From a virus (Duplodnaviria > Caudoviricetes), in the IMG/VR virus record IMGVR_UViG_3300013936_000026, positions 1,813 to 65,812 of that record: a stretch of 64,000 nucleotides of DNA. One strand, given 5' to 3'. The position numbers and the translations under genes were made by a program. Under the pieces are notes generated by a model, which worked only from the letters and a program-made list of their open reading frames with translations, was not told the origin of the DNA and did no database searches. Shown piece by piece: positions 16,653 through 26,150 of the stretch (the stretch's first letter is position 1; each line of letters begins with the position of its first letter).

Positions 16653-19240
16653 ATGGCTGGAAAATTAAGTAGATTTCAGAAGCAGACCTTTAGTCATTGG
16701 AAGGGTTTAACTAAGAGTAATCATCTTGGCAGTATCTTTCAGATGCAGCCTCAAAAGGCTACATCATTGATGGTTCAGCTTCTTGCATGGTATAGGGGTA
16801 AGACCCTTGATACTTTCCTTTCACAATTTCCTGTTAAAACTTTTGACTCGGATGATGAGTACACATGGGATATTATTGGTAGTGCCATGAGGAACATTCC
16901 TCTTGTAGAGGCTCGTGATACTGATGGTAAGATTGTTACTTCTGCAAGTACTAATGTAGGTGTAAATGGTGAACCTTTTTATTTGGTATTCGCTGAGGAT
17001 TGGTTTGCAGATGGTGAAGTAATTACTGGTGAGCGTAATGAAATTTATCCTATTAGGGTTCTTGCCAATGGTAGGAATGAGGGTACAAACACCGTAGATT
17101 TGTATGCGGCTTAGTTGAGTAATCAACTTTGAAAATTGGGCAAAATCGGTGAAACCATCCAATAATGTAGTTTACTACAAATGGTAATACCGAGCTAACC
17201 TAAGGAATTAAAGGACTTTAGGTAGTGTAGAGAGTAGAATTTGAAAACTATGATAGGAAGAATTTACAAGATTGTCAATGACATCAATGATAAAGTTTAT
17301 GTAGGTCAAACTATAAGAACTTTAGTTCAAAGGTTCCAGAAGCATTGTAGTTATTCTGATGATGTAAATCATACAATGGCTATCAAGAAAGCTATTCATA
17401 AATATGGTAGAGACCATTTTAAGATAGTATTGCTAGAAGAACTATCAAATTGTAATCAAGAACTTCTTAATGAAAGAGAAATATTTTGGATAGCATATTA
17501 CAATGCTTATACAAAGGGTTACAATTTGACAAAAGGAGGTCAGTTTTGTGGTCACTCACAGAAACTTTCCATTGAAGAAGAAAACAAACTTGTAAAATTA
17601 TATGAAGAAGGCTATGGTTCTATAAAATTAGCTAAGATGTTTAATGTGGATAAAACCACAGTTCTAAACTATGCTAAAAGACATAACTTGGAAAGAAAAG
17701 ATACCTTAGATAAAATTGTAGACATAGAGGCTGTAAAAGAGTATATCAGGAAGAATAAACCTACTGTGAAGGATGTTGCTGAGAAATATCATATCAGTAA
17801 ATGCTCTGTTTATAATATAATAAAGAGAGCTAATGACAATACTCTGATATTAAACTCATATAATCCTAGAAAGAGCAATGCGGTCATAAAAGCTAAGGAG
17901 ATTTGTGATAAGTATAAAGAAGGGTATAATATTCAAGATTTGACAAAGATGTTTCATACCAACAAAAGATACATATCAAAAACTCTTAAGGAAAATGGAA
18001 TTGAAATCCAAAGAGGTCGTAAAACCTTAATATAGAATATAATAATTCCAAGAGTGTCCAGACCCTACTATACTTTAAGTATGTATGAGGGTTAAAATGT
18101 ACTCCGAACTAACACAATGGTAAAGTGTTAGAACTAGGGAATAAAGAGTTCCTAGGATAACAAATTTGGTACAAAGTAGAATTGATGGGAGCAGTTACTG
18201 CTGGAATTCCTGCTGAGGAATTGCTTGCAGGCAAGCGTTTCTCTGTAGAGTATGCTCCAGTAGAGCGTGACCTCAGTAGAAAAGTTGGAGATGTACGATT
18301 TGCAAGTCCTATTGCCATGAGAAATGAGTTCTCTACAATTAGGATTCAGCATAAGGTCCCTGGTTCAATGCTTGGTAAAAAGGTTGCCTTTGGTATTCCT
18401 GTAACTAGGGAAACTAATGGTCGCTATGTCAAGGATACTGTAAACATGTGGATGCATGAGGTTCAGTGGCAGTTAGAGCAGCAGTGGAGTGAGTACAAGA
18501 ACAATGTTCTTGCTTTTGGTCGCTCTAACAGAAATAACAATGGTGAGTATCTTAACATTGGAAAGTCTGGTGAAGCCATTAGACTTGGTGCAGGACTCTA
18601 TCAACAGATGGAGGTATCCAACACTATGTTCTACAACAAATTCTCACTGAAGCTCATAGAGGATGCACTTTATGAATTGTCTGCTGCAAAGCTTGACATG
18701 AATGACAGAACATTCATTATTAAAACTGGTGAAAGAGGTGCTATTCAGTTCCATAAGGCAGTACTTGATACTGTAAGTGGTTGGACTGCATTCCAGATTA
18801 ATGGTGATGCTATTGGCATGGTAAAGAAGACAAACTCTCCTTTGCATGAAAATGCGCTCTCAGCTGGCTTCCAGTTTGTTGAGTTCCAAGCTCCTAATGG
18901 TGTCAAAGTTAAGGTAGATGTGGATCCATATTACGATGATATGGTAAGAAATAAGATTATGCATCCTAATGGTGGCCCTGCATTCTCTTATAGGTATGAC
19001 ATCTTTGACATTGGTACAATGGATCAGCCTAACATCTTCAAGTGTGCTGTCAAAGGTATGGAAGGTGATATGACCTCTTATGAATGGGGTATGCGTAATC
19101 CATTTACAGGTCAGATGGGTAATCCAAATATGTCACATGATGAGGATTCAGCAACCATTCACAAGATGACAACCACTGGTGTATGTGTACTTGACCCTAC
19201 AAGGACAATGAGTTTGATTCCTGCAATCTTGGCAGGCTAA
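16653..19240 (+). CDS. Major capsid protein, spliced: exon 1 16653-17095, exon 2 18169-19240 (504 aa)
   Basis: Joining GT|G restores ...GTNTVYKVELMG...; 443+1072 nt = 505 codons; N-terminus MAGKLSRFQ..HWKGLT recognised as crAss-like MCP. Confidence 0.9.
17096..18168 (+). ncRNA. Group I self-splicing intron in MCP
   Basis: 5' exon ends in U, intron ends in G; P1 ccgu/gcgg; P10 tttgtat with gtacaaa; P3 tgggca 17137-17142 / tgtcca 18055-18060; P7 gagta 17232-17236 / tactc 18100-18104. Confidence 0.9.
17250..18035 (+). CDS. Intron-encoded GIY-YIG homing endonuclease with C-terminal HTH-like repeats
   Basis: GRIYKIVN...VYVGQT, LNERE..WI, GYNLTKGG; repeated helical segments in the C-terminal half. 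Confidence 0.9.
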   Translation: MIGRIYKIVNDINDKVYVGQTIRTLVQRFQKHCSYSDDVNHTMAIKKAIHKYGRDHFKIVLLEELSNCNQELLNEREIFWIAYYNAYTKGYNLTKGGQFCGHSQKLSIEEENKLVKLYEEGYGSIKLAKMFNVDKTTVLNYAKRHNLERKDTLDKIVDIEAVKEYIRKNKPTVKDVAEKYHISKCSVYNIIKRANDNTLILNSYNPRKSNAVIKAKEICDKYKEGYNIQDLTKMFHTNKRYISKTLKENGIEIQRGRKTLI

Positions 19241-19337
19241 AAATGATAGTAGGCAGTGAGGGGGATTATAATTCCTTCTCCTGCTTTCTTTAAAGGTTAT
19301 AGGAGTAGAAGATATAATAAATAAGGAGAAGTTAAGA

Positions 19338-20366
19338 ATGGCAAGACCAAAGAAAGAAGATAATCCAGAGTTGATGGAAAGCATTAATATTGATGTGACA
19401 TCACAGGAAGAAACTAAGCAGGAGATTCCAACACCAAAGACAGAACCTAAGGTAGTGGAAAAAACAGTATCTCCTAAGCAATATAGTAGTGAACCAGTAA
19501 ATTGCTTGAGAAATGAACGTGTTATTGTAAGGTTTGTACCTAGTCCATCAGCAATGGTTCAAAGAAAAGGTCATATCCTTAATGGAGGTATGGCAGAGAA
19601 TGCAACAAGAAGTTTTGTAGTTCCTAGACTTAACAGGACTGGAGTGTACAAAAATGTGCTTACTAATGCAGAAAAGGATTTCTTGGAGCAAGCAATGGGA
19701 TTGGAAATCAATGCTCTTAGTATCCATAATCAGGTAAATAACTTCTGGGATGATAGTAATCCTAATGGTATTGGTAGAGTAACACTGCATAAGCAGGATA
19801 ACTATCTTGACCTTAGTATTCCAGAGCAATATATCCAGTATAAGATTTTGCTTGCTAACAAGGATTATATTGCACCATCCATGGAAGAGCTTGAGGAGAG
19901 ACCAAAGGCTACTTATCAGTTTGTTATCATCTCTGAAGGAGATGAGACAAAGAGTAATCTCAGTAAGATGGATATTACCATGGAATGCTACACTGAATAT
20001 GGTGCTATCAGGGATAACAAGGATATGCTCAAGACAATTATTGAGCTTCTTGAAAAGAGACCTATCAGTCCAGATGTCAAGCTTGATTACTTGCAAGGCA
20101 AGATTAATCAGTATATTCAGGCAGACCCTCGTAAGTTCTATTCAGTAATCAAGGATGAATACCTTCCTATGAAGATACTTATCAAGAAGGCTGTGGAGGC
20201 AGGATTGATTGGTATGAAGAATAATACCTATTACTTACGCAAGGATGGTTCTCCACTTTGTGAGATGAATGAGGAAAGTACTTTGAACAATGCAGCTAAG
20301 TACATTGGTTCTATTAAGCATCAAGAACTCAAGTTTCTTCTTGAGGCACAACTTAAAGAAAAATAA
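19338..20366 (+). CDS. Conserved crAss-like protein following MCP
   Basis: Position directly after MCP; 342 aa; no catalytic motif seen. Confidence 0.6.
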   Translation: MARPKKEDNPELMESINIDVTSQEETKQEIPTPKTEPKVVEKTVSPKQYSSEPVNCLRNERVIVRFVPSPSAMVQRKGHILNGGMAENATRSFVVPRLNRTGVYKNVLTNAEKDFLEQAMGLEINALSIHNQVNNFWDDSNPNGIGRVTLHKQDNYLDLSIPEQYIQYKILLANKDYIAPSMEELEERPKATYQFVIISEGDETKSNLSKMDITMECYTEYGAIRDNKDMLKTIIELLEKRPISPDVKLDYLQGKINQYIQADPRKFYSVIKDEYLPMKILIKKAVEAGLIGMKNNTYYLRKDGSPLCEMNEESTLNNAAKYIGSIKHQELKFLLEAQLKEK

Positions 20367-20443
20367 TATTTGCAATTAATCATATTGGAGTATAGGGGAG
20401 GAGGTGAAAGCCCTTCCCACTCCTTTTTAAAATATAATAAGGT

Positions 20444-21175
20444 ATGTCAATAGAAGAGATGGATAATATGTTTGATGTGTTATATAACAATATAACCTCA
20501 AACCAAGCACCAGGCTTAAATGCTTATGAGAAGAGTGTCTTCCTTACAAAGGGACAGGATGAAATTTTGAAAAACTACTTTAATCCTAAGAGTAAGGGAA
20601 ATAATGTTCAGGAAGGCTTTGATGGTAGTGCTAAGAGACAGGTGGATTTCTCTATGCTTACATCTGTAAGCACCATTTCTTCTGGGTTTAGCTCTCCTTT
20701 ATTTGATAATAGAAGTAATTCTAAATGTATTAGTCTTCCTGAGAAGCTAATGATAGCTATCAATGAAACAGTTACAGTTACTAGAGGAGAAAACACAGAG
20801 CTTCTTCAAGTAGTGCCTATTAAGTTTGATGAATACTTTAGACTGATGAGCAAGCCTTATAAGAGACCATTGAAATATCAAGCATGGAGGCTTATCAATA
20901 GTGACACAGCTAACAAGGCTGATATTGTTGTAGGTCCTAAGGACGTCATTACTAAATATGTCATTAGATATATCAGAAGGCCTAATCCTATTATAGTGTC
21001 AGACTTGGATGGATTAACTATTGAAGGTAAGAACTCCTCTTCAAAATGTGAACTAGACCCTATTTTGCATGAGGAAATTCTTCAAAGGGCAGTAGAGCTT
21101 GCTAAGATAGCATGGACTAATACAGGGCAGGATAACCTACAGGCAGTGATGCAAGCAGGACAAAGAAGTGAATAA
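20444..21175 (+). CDS. Tail ring (connector) protein
   Basis: Paralogous to 21191-21916 (YEKSVFLT, YI, LHxxILxxAV); crAss-like synteny. Confidence 0.65.
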   Translation: MSIEEMDNMFDVLYNNITSNQAPGLNAYEKSVFLTKGQDEILKNYFNPKSKGNNVQEGFDGSAKRQVDFSMLTSVSTISSGFSSPLFDNRSNSKCISLPEKLMIAINETVTVTRGENTELLQVVPIKFDEYFRLMSKPYKRPLKYQAWRLINSDTANKADIVVGPKDVITKYVIRYIRRPNPIIVSDLDGLTIEGKNSSSKCELDPILHEEILQRAVELAKIAWTNTGQDNLQAVMQAGQRSE

Positions 21176-21190
21176 CTAAAGGATTAAGCT

Positions 21191-21916
21191 ATGAATATCA
21201 AAGAGTTTTCTGATGGCTTTGACACTATGCTCAATAGCTATAATGTAAGTGCTAACTTTGGTGAGGAATCTTCTAAGCAGACAATAACTCTCGATGAATA
21301 TGAGAAATCAGTATTTCTTACCAACGCACAAAAAGAGTTGGTCACTAGTCTTTACAATGGCAAGAATCCTTATGGAGAGTCCTTTGAGAGTACTGAGGAG
21401 ATGAGGAGATACCTAGCTAACTTAGTAAAGGAGAAAAATCTAAAGCCTATTACCAATACTAGTGGTACTCCTTTAGGTATATCCAGCAACTCTAGTTTCT
21501 TCACTCTTCCAGATGACCTTTGGTTCATAACAATGGAATCAGTGATAGTAGACAAAGGCAAGTGTGGGGAAACTCATATCAACGTTTATCCTACAAAGCA
21601 AGATGAATATCAAGTCATAAGGAAAAATCCTTTCAGGGGAGCCAATGACAGGAGAGCATTGAGGTTAGACTTATCAGAAGATAATGTAGAAATAATCTGC
21701 AAGTTTAATATCAATGCTTACTATATAAGATATATCAAGAAACTTAGTCCAATTGTTCTTGAAGACTTACCAGACACTCTATCCATAGATAATGTAAGCA
21801 AGACTACCGAATGTCAACTGCATGAAGGTCTTCATCAAAGGATATTGGAACTTGCAGTAAGAATGGCTCTTCAAAGTAAGGGCTATAATCTAAATAATCA
21901 GAATAGAGATAATTAA
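21191..21916 (+). CDS. Tail ring (connector) protein, paralog
   Basis: Shared motifs with 20444-21175. Confidence 0.65.
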   Translation: MNIKEFSDGFDTMLNSYNVSANFGEESSKQTITLDEYEKSVFLTNAQKELVTSLYNGKNPYGESFESTEEMRRYLANLVKEKNLKPITNTSGTPLGISSNSSFFTLPDDLWFITMESVIVDKGKCGETHINVYPTKQDEYQVIRKNPFRGANDRRALRLDLSEDNVEIICKFNINAYYIRYIKKLSPIVLEDLPDTLSIDNVSKTTECQLHEGLHQRILELAVRMALQSKGYNLNNQNRDN

Positions 21917-21960
21917 TACCTATCAGCAGATAGGAAAGTTTAACTTAATACAATAATAAA

Positions 21961-22974
21961 ATGGCAGTATTTTCAGTTAATCAAAATCGTCAGTTATATG
22001 TAGCTAACAAGGTTGTAGAGGCAGCTATAGCATTGACTGGCAAAGGTGACATCAAGGTAAAGACTTTTGGTGACTTTGACAAGGAAGTTTACTTTGAGGT
22101 GTTGGGTCCAGACACAGTACTTAGGAGTGATAGGATTCCTGTGAAGAACATTAGCTATGTAAAGGCAGTGAAGGCTGTTGACATGGCAACTCCTATGAAG
22201 AAGGTTACTGTAACCTTGGATACTAATGTAAATGGTGGTACTCCTGTAGTTGGTCAGGATTATATTCTTAGGATTAATCTTCGTCAGTTCTATGGCATGA
22301 GTGACCAAGACCAGTATTTTAAGGACGCAGCAGTTCATGTTACTAAGGGTATGGACGCTACTAAGTTTTATGAAGCAATGAAGGATTCCTTGAATCTTTG
22401 CTTCTCTAGGGAGGTGAATGCTACTAAGGATAGTAACCCATACTTGAAATTTACTTCTAGTGCATCAGGTCTTGTCATTGAGGAGCTTCCTCAGCCTTGG
22501 CATCTTGGTACAGAAGCACAGGAGAGAGTACTCTTTGATGTAGTTCCTACTACTATCTATGTAGATAGTGCAGACCTTATTTGGGGTACACAGAAGGTAG
22601 AGAACTCTGATACTAAGATTGGTAATGGCAAGAAGATTGCAGACCTTGAGTATTTCTGCCTTGGTGAAAGAGGTGACCAGTATAGAAAGATTGGTTTCCC
22701 TAATGACATTGAGACTGTAGGCATGGTTGATCCTGCCAAGGACTATGACATCTTGGAAATCCATTATGCTTTCACTGATGAGGGTGTAAGTAGCTATAGG
22801 TCTGAGAAGGACATTACCATTGCAGTGCCTACCGATGGAGCAGAGGCTTATACTCTTATCAATAGTCTTATCACTAAGTTTAATGCTGCTACAGGTCTTA
22901 ATGTAGCTTCACTTGCAAAAGCTGAAAGTAAAGAGTTGAATACAGCATCTGGCAGTAAGTCAGTGAAGGCATAA
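21961..22974 (+). CDS. Auxiliary capsid protein (by synteny)
   Basis: MAVFSVNQNRQLYV start; 337 aa; followed by a terminator; position in the crAss-like virion module. Confidence 0.55.
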   Translation: MAVFSVNQNRQLYVANKVVEAAIALTGKGDIKVKTFGDFDKEVYFEVLGPDTVLRSDRIPVKNISYVKAVKAVDMATPMKKVTVTLDTNVNGGTPVVGQDYILRINLRQFYGMSDQDQYFKDAAVHVTKGMDATKFYEAMKDSLNLCFSREVNATKDSNPYLKFTSSASGLVIEELPQPWHLGTEAQERVLFDVVPTTIYVDSADLIWGTQKVENSDTKIGNGKKIADLEYFCLGERGDQYRKIGFPNDIETVGMVDPAKDYDILEIHYAFTDEGVSSYRSEKDITIAVPTDGAEAYTLINSLITKFNAATGLNVASLAKAESKELNTASGSKSVKA

Positions 22975-23071
22975 AGATACTTTTGAGTTATCTTTCATAA
23001 TGAACTATTAAGTGAGGGATTTGGGAGTATATCCCTTATCCCTCTTTTTATTTAATTAAAATACAATAGTT

Positions 23072-23686
23072 ATGATTATATTTGACCAATTAAGGATTTC
23101 TGATGGTGGAGATAAGATGTACATAAATGCTCATGTAAATGAAGCTGAGTATTTTGATAATATCTATATAGAATCTGTCACCATTATGACTTCAGATAAA
23201 GTATCAGAAACTTCTTCCAGCACTCCTAATTCAGATTATATATATACAAAAACAATAGAAGGAGACACAAAGGAGCTAAATCTAGTACTGACTGCTTTTG
23301 ACTTTGTAAAGACTTGGGAAACAGACCCTAAAGCAATGGCATTTAAACAAAGTGAAATGAGTACAACCTTGTTTTTTGTATATATAAAATGTAAGGGTAC
23401 TGTTGATGCTAATGTCCCTTGTACCTTGGATGAGAATATAGTGCTTGGAGTAGTATTTGATGAAACAATGTTTTATCAAAAGGTGATGAATCATACAAAA
23501 GATTTATTAGCTACTTGTTGCGTTCCAAAACTCTTCATTGACTTTATTCTTCTTTGGAATGCCTTCAAAGCCTCTGTTGAAACAGAACATTATATCTCTG
23601 CCATTAAATTTTATAACTTATTGTTTGATGTCAGAGATAGCAAGAGTTATATTGAAACTATAAAAGGATGTGGATGTCATGGATGA
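23072..23686 (+). CDS. Tail hub-like protein with C-terminal GCGCHG
   Basis: Synteny; Cys-rich C-terminus. Confidence 0.5.
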   Translation: MIIFDQLRISDGGDKMYINAHVNEAEYFDNIYIESVTIMTSDKVSETSSSTPNSDYIYTKTIEGDTKELNLVLTAFDFVKTWETDPKAMAFKQSEMSTTLFFVYIKCKGTVDANVPCTLDENIVLGVVFDETMFYQKVMNHTKDLLATCCVPKLFIDFILLWNAFKASVETEHYISAIKFYNLLFDVRDSKSYIETIKGCGCHG

Positions 23687-24056
23687 AATAGTATATGAAG
23701 CTTTATATAAATATTATCATGCCTTGGAATTGAAAGGATATATGTCAAATATTCAAAGCTATAAGCTGCTAATATTGTCATTTTATATGAATTTCATTTC
23801 TAATGATTATAGAGGCATAATAAGTAAGGAAGACTATTCTCTTATAGAGAAAGCCTTGAATTGTCTTTATGGAACAAGTTGTTTAATACCTTATCCAGAT
23901 TATTTGAAAATGGGAAAATTACGTTTAGGTGAATTAACTGAGTTAGTGCAAAGGGTAAAGGCTCTTGAAGACACAAATGTAGTCAAGGTTATTCATGATC
24001 TTGATAGTGTGAAGGATGATGTAAAGTCTGATATTATGATTACTGAGGTTGAGTAA
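23670..24056 (+). CDS. Tail hub-like protein
   Basis: Synteny; overlaps the previous gene; NCLYGTSCLIPYP motif. Confidence 0.5.
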   Translation: MDVMDEIVYEALYKYYHALELKGYMSNIQSYKLLILSFYMNFISNDYRGIISKEDYSLIEKALNCLYGTSCLIPYPDYLKMGKLRLGELTELVQRVKALEDTNVVKVIHDLDSVKDDVKSDIMITEVE

Positions 24057-24154
24057 TAAAAGATTTACTTAAATCAGTAAATAGTTTCTATAATATGGCT
24101 CATTGGTATTGGTTTATTCAGTACCTTTGAGCCATAATTAATAATAGGAAATTT

Positions 24155-24862
24155 ATGTTAGTTAAAGAAATCATTTATATGTGCTTAGATTTAGCCAAGG
24201 CACAGACTTCTGATGATAGTTTTTGGACAGAAGAACATGTTCTGTTCTTACTAAAGAAATACAGGAGTTTCCTTATCAAGAAGGAGCAGGAGAAGCAAAG
24301 GACTACCACTGACATAGCATCTGAGTTTGAGTATCAACAGATATGCTTGGACTTGGAGAAAGTTGCTGCTATTGATGGTAGTCCATGTTCAGGAGGCTAT
24401 TATCTTAGGACCACTAAGAAGATACCTAAGATATTGGAAGGAAATGAGCCTAGGGTATATCCTATAGATTTTTATCAAGGTATCAATATTAGTTATATAC
24501 CTAGGGATAGAATGAGATACATAGGCACCAACAAGTTCTTGCAGAATATCATCTATGTATCACTCGGACCTGACCTTCATCTATATCTCAACAGTGGTAA
24601 TCCTCAGTTCCTCTATCTCAAGAAACTTAGGATGAGTGCAGTATTTGAGGACTTTGATGATGTTTCTGATTATCTTTGTGATGATGATGGTGACTCTACT
24701 GCATGTGATGTACTTGATGAAGTATTTCCAATAAGGGAGTACCTAGTACCTACATTAATAGAACTGGTGGTAAAGGAACTTGTAGGAAGTGAGTATAAAC
24801 CATCTGATGAGAAAAACAATTCAGCGGATGACTTATCAAAGGTAGCAATTAAACAGGGCTAA
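24155..24862 (+). CDS. Tail ring protein
   Basis: Synteny within the crAss-like tail module. Confidence 0.55.
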   Translation: MLVKEIIYMCLDLAKAQTSDDSFWTEEHVLFLLKKYRSFLIKKEQEKQRTTTDIASEFEYQQICLDLEKVAAIDGSPCSGGYYLRTTKKIPKILEGNEPRVYPIDFYQGINISYIPRDRMRYIGTNKFLQNIIYVSLGPDLHLYLNSGNPQFLYLKKLRMSAVFEDFDDVSDYLCDDDGDSTACDVLDEVFPIREYLVPTLIELVVKELVGSEYKPSDEKNNSADDLSKVAIKQG

Positions 24863-24864
24863 GT

Positions 24865-25431
24865 ATGGATTACAAGGAATTTAATACAAAAGTAAAGAAG
24901 GCTAATCAGAAGAAACAATTTAAGGTAAGAGGCTCATGGGGTATATATCAAGCTTACAAACTTATAAGAAAGAATGGATGGTATGACATTGGGAGACCTT
25001 TGAAAGAGCATGAGTTTTATAGTATCATAAGGAATGTCAATAAGTTGTTTGCTAATGAGGTAGCCAATGGAAATGAGTTTACTTTCCCCTGTAAAATGGG
25101 TAATTTGGAAATAAGGAAATCCACTAGGGGAGTATATCTTATAGATGGTAAGCTGATTAATACCTATCCCATAGATTGGAATGGTACCTTGAAGCTATGG
25201 TATGAGGATGAGGAATCTAGAAGAAATAAGACGAAGCTTAGGTATGAAAATAAGTATGTTTATTCCATAAAATACAATAAATTCCATGCTACTTTCGAGA
25301 ATAAAAGCTTCTATGCCTTTGATACCAATAGATTTCTCAAGATAGCTTTGCAAGAGAATGTTAAACAAGGAAAAATAGATACATTATATGATACCAAACG
25401 TACAATATACAAACATAAGAAGGGTGCTTGA
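24865..25431 (+). CDS. IHF/HU-like basic protein of the tail module
   Basis: EFTFPCKMGNLEIRK resembles the IHF arm; synteny. Confidence 0.55.
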   Translation: MDYKEFNTKVKKANQKKQFKVRGSWGIYQAYKLIRKNGWYDIGRPLKEHEFYSIIRNVNKLFANEVANGNEFTFPCKMGNLEIRKSTRGVYLIDGKLINTYPIDWNGTLKLWYEDEESRRNKTKLRYENKYVYSIKYNKFHATFENKSFYAFDTNRFLKIALQENVKQGKIDTLYDTKRTIYKHKKGA

Positions 25432-26149
25432 TGATATTACTGAGCATCCTTTGCTGAGGGATGTAACTTTGGAACAGGTGGTAAGACATACTATTAGGTT
25501 TATATCACTTCATGGTTATCCTCAGCTATATCAGGATAAGATAGAGAAAATACCTATCAAGGACTTCAGGGGATTATTACCATGTGATTTAATCTCTGTA
25601 ATACAGGTAAGGGATGTAGAAACTAATCTTTGTCTAAGGTCAATGACAGATACTTTCACTCCTGCGTTGAGACCCAAGCCAATGGATATTCCACAGCATA
25701 AGGACTTGCTAAATAATGTACAAGGAGGGTATATACCACCTAGGAAAGAAGAAATTGAGGAAGGCACTTTCAAGACTCAAGGTAGGATTATCTTTACATC
25801 ATTTCCACAAGGTGAAGTAGAGGTATCTTACAAGGCTATACCTGTTGATGAGGATAGATTTCCTCTTCTTATTGACGATGAAACTTATCTCAATGCCTTG
25901 GAAGCATATATAAAGGTAAAGGTATTCACTGTTAAGTTTGACACTGGAAAGATACAGGCAGGAGTACTCAGCAATGCCCAGACTGACTATGCTTGGGCTA
26001 GCCATTTGCTTCAGTCAGAGATGACAATGCCATCCATGGATGAAATGCAATCTATGACTCGTTACTTAAATACAATGATTAAACCAACAAGACAATTCTC
26101 CCAAGGTTTCAAGCACTTAGGAGACCAAGAGTTCATAAGGAGGCACTAA
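25388..26149 (+). CDS. Tail ring / tubular protein
   Basis: Directly precedes the muzzle gene; VEVSYKAIPVDEDRFPLL motif. Confidence 0.55.
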   Translation: MIPNVQYTNIRRVLDDITEHPLLRDVTLEQVVRHTIRFISLHGYPQLYQDKIEKIPIKDFRGLLPCDLISVIQVRDVETNLCLRSMTDTFTPALRPKPMDIPQHKDLLNNVQGGYIPPRKEEIEEGTFKTQGRIIFTSFPQGEVEVSYKAIPVDEDRFPLLIDDETYLNALEAYIKVKVFTVKFDTGKIQAGVLSNAQTDYAWASHLLQSEMTMPSMDEMQSMTRYLNTMIKPTRQFSQGFKHLGDQEFIRRH

Positions 26150-26150
26150 T

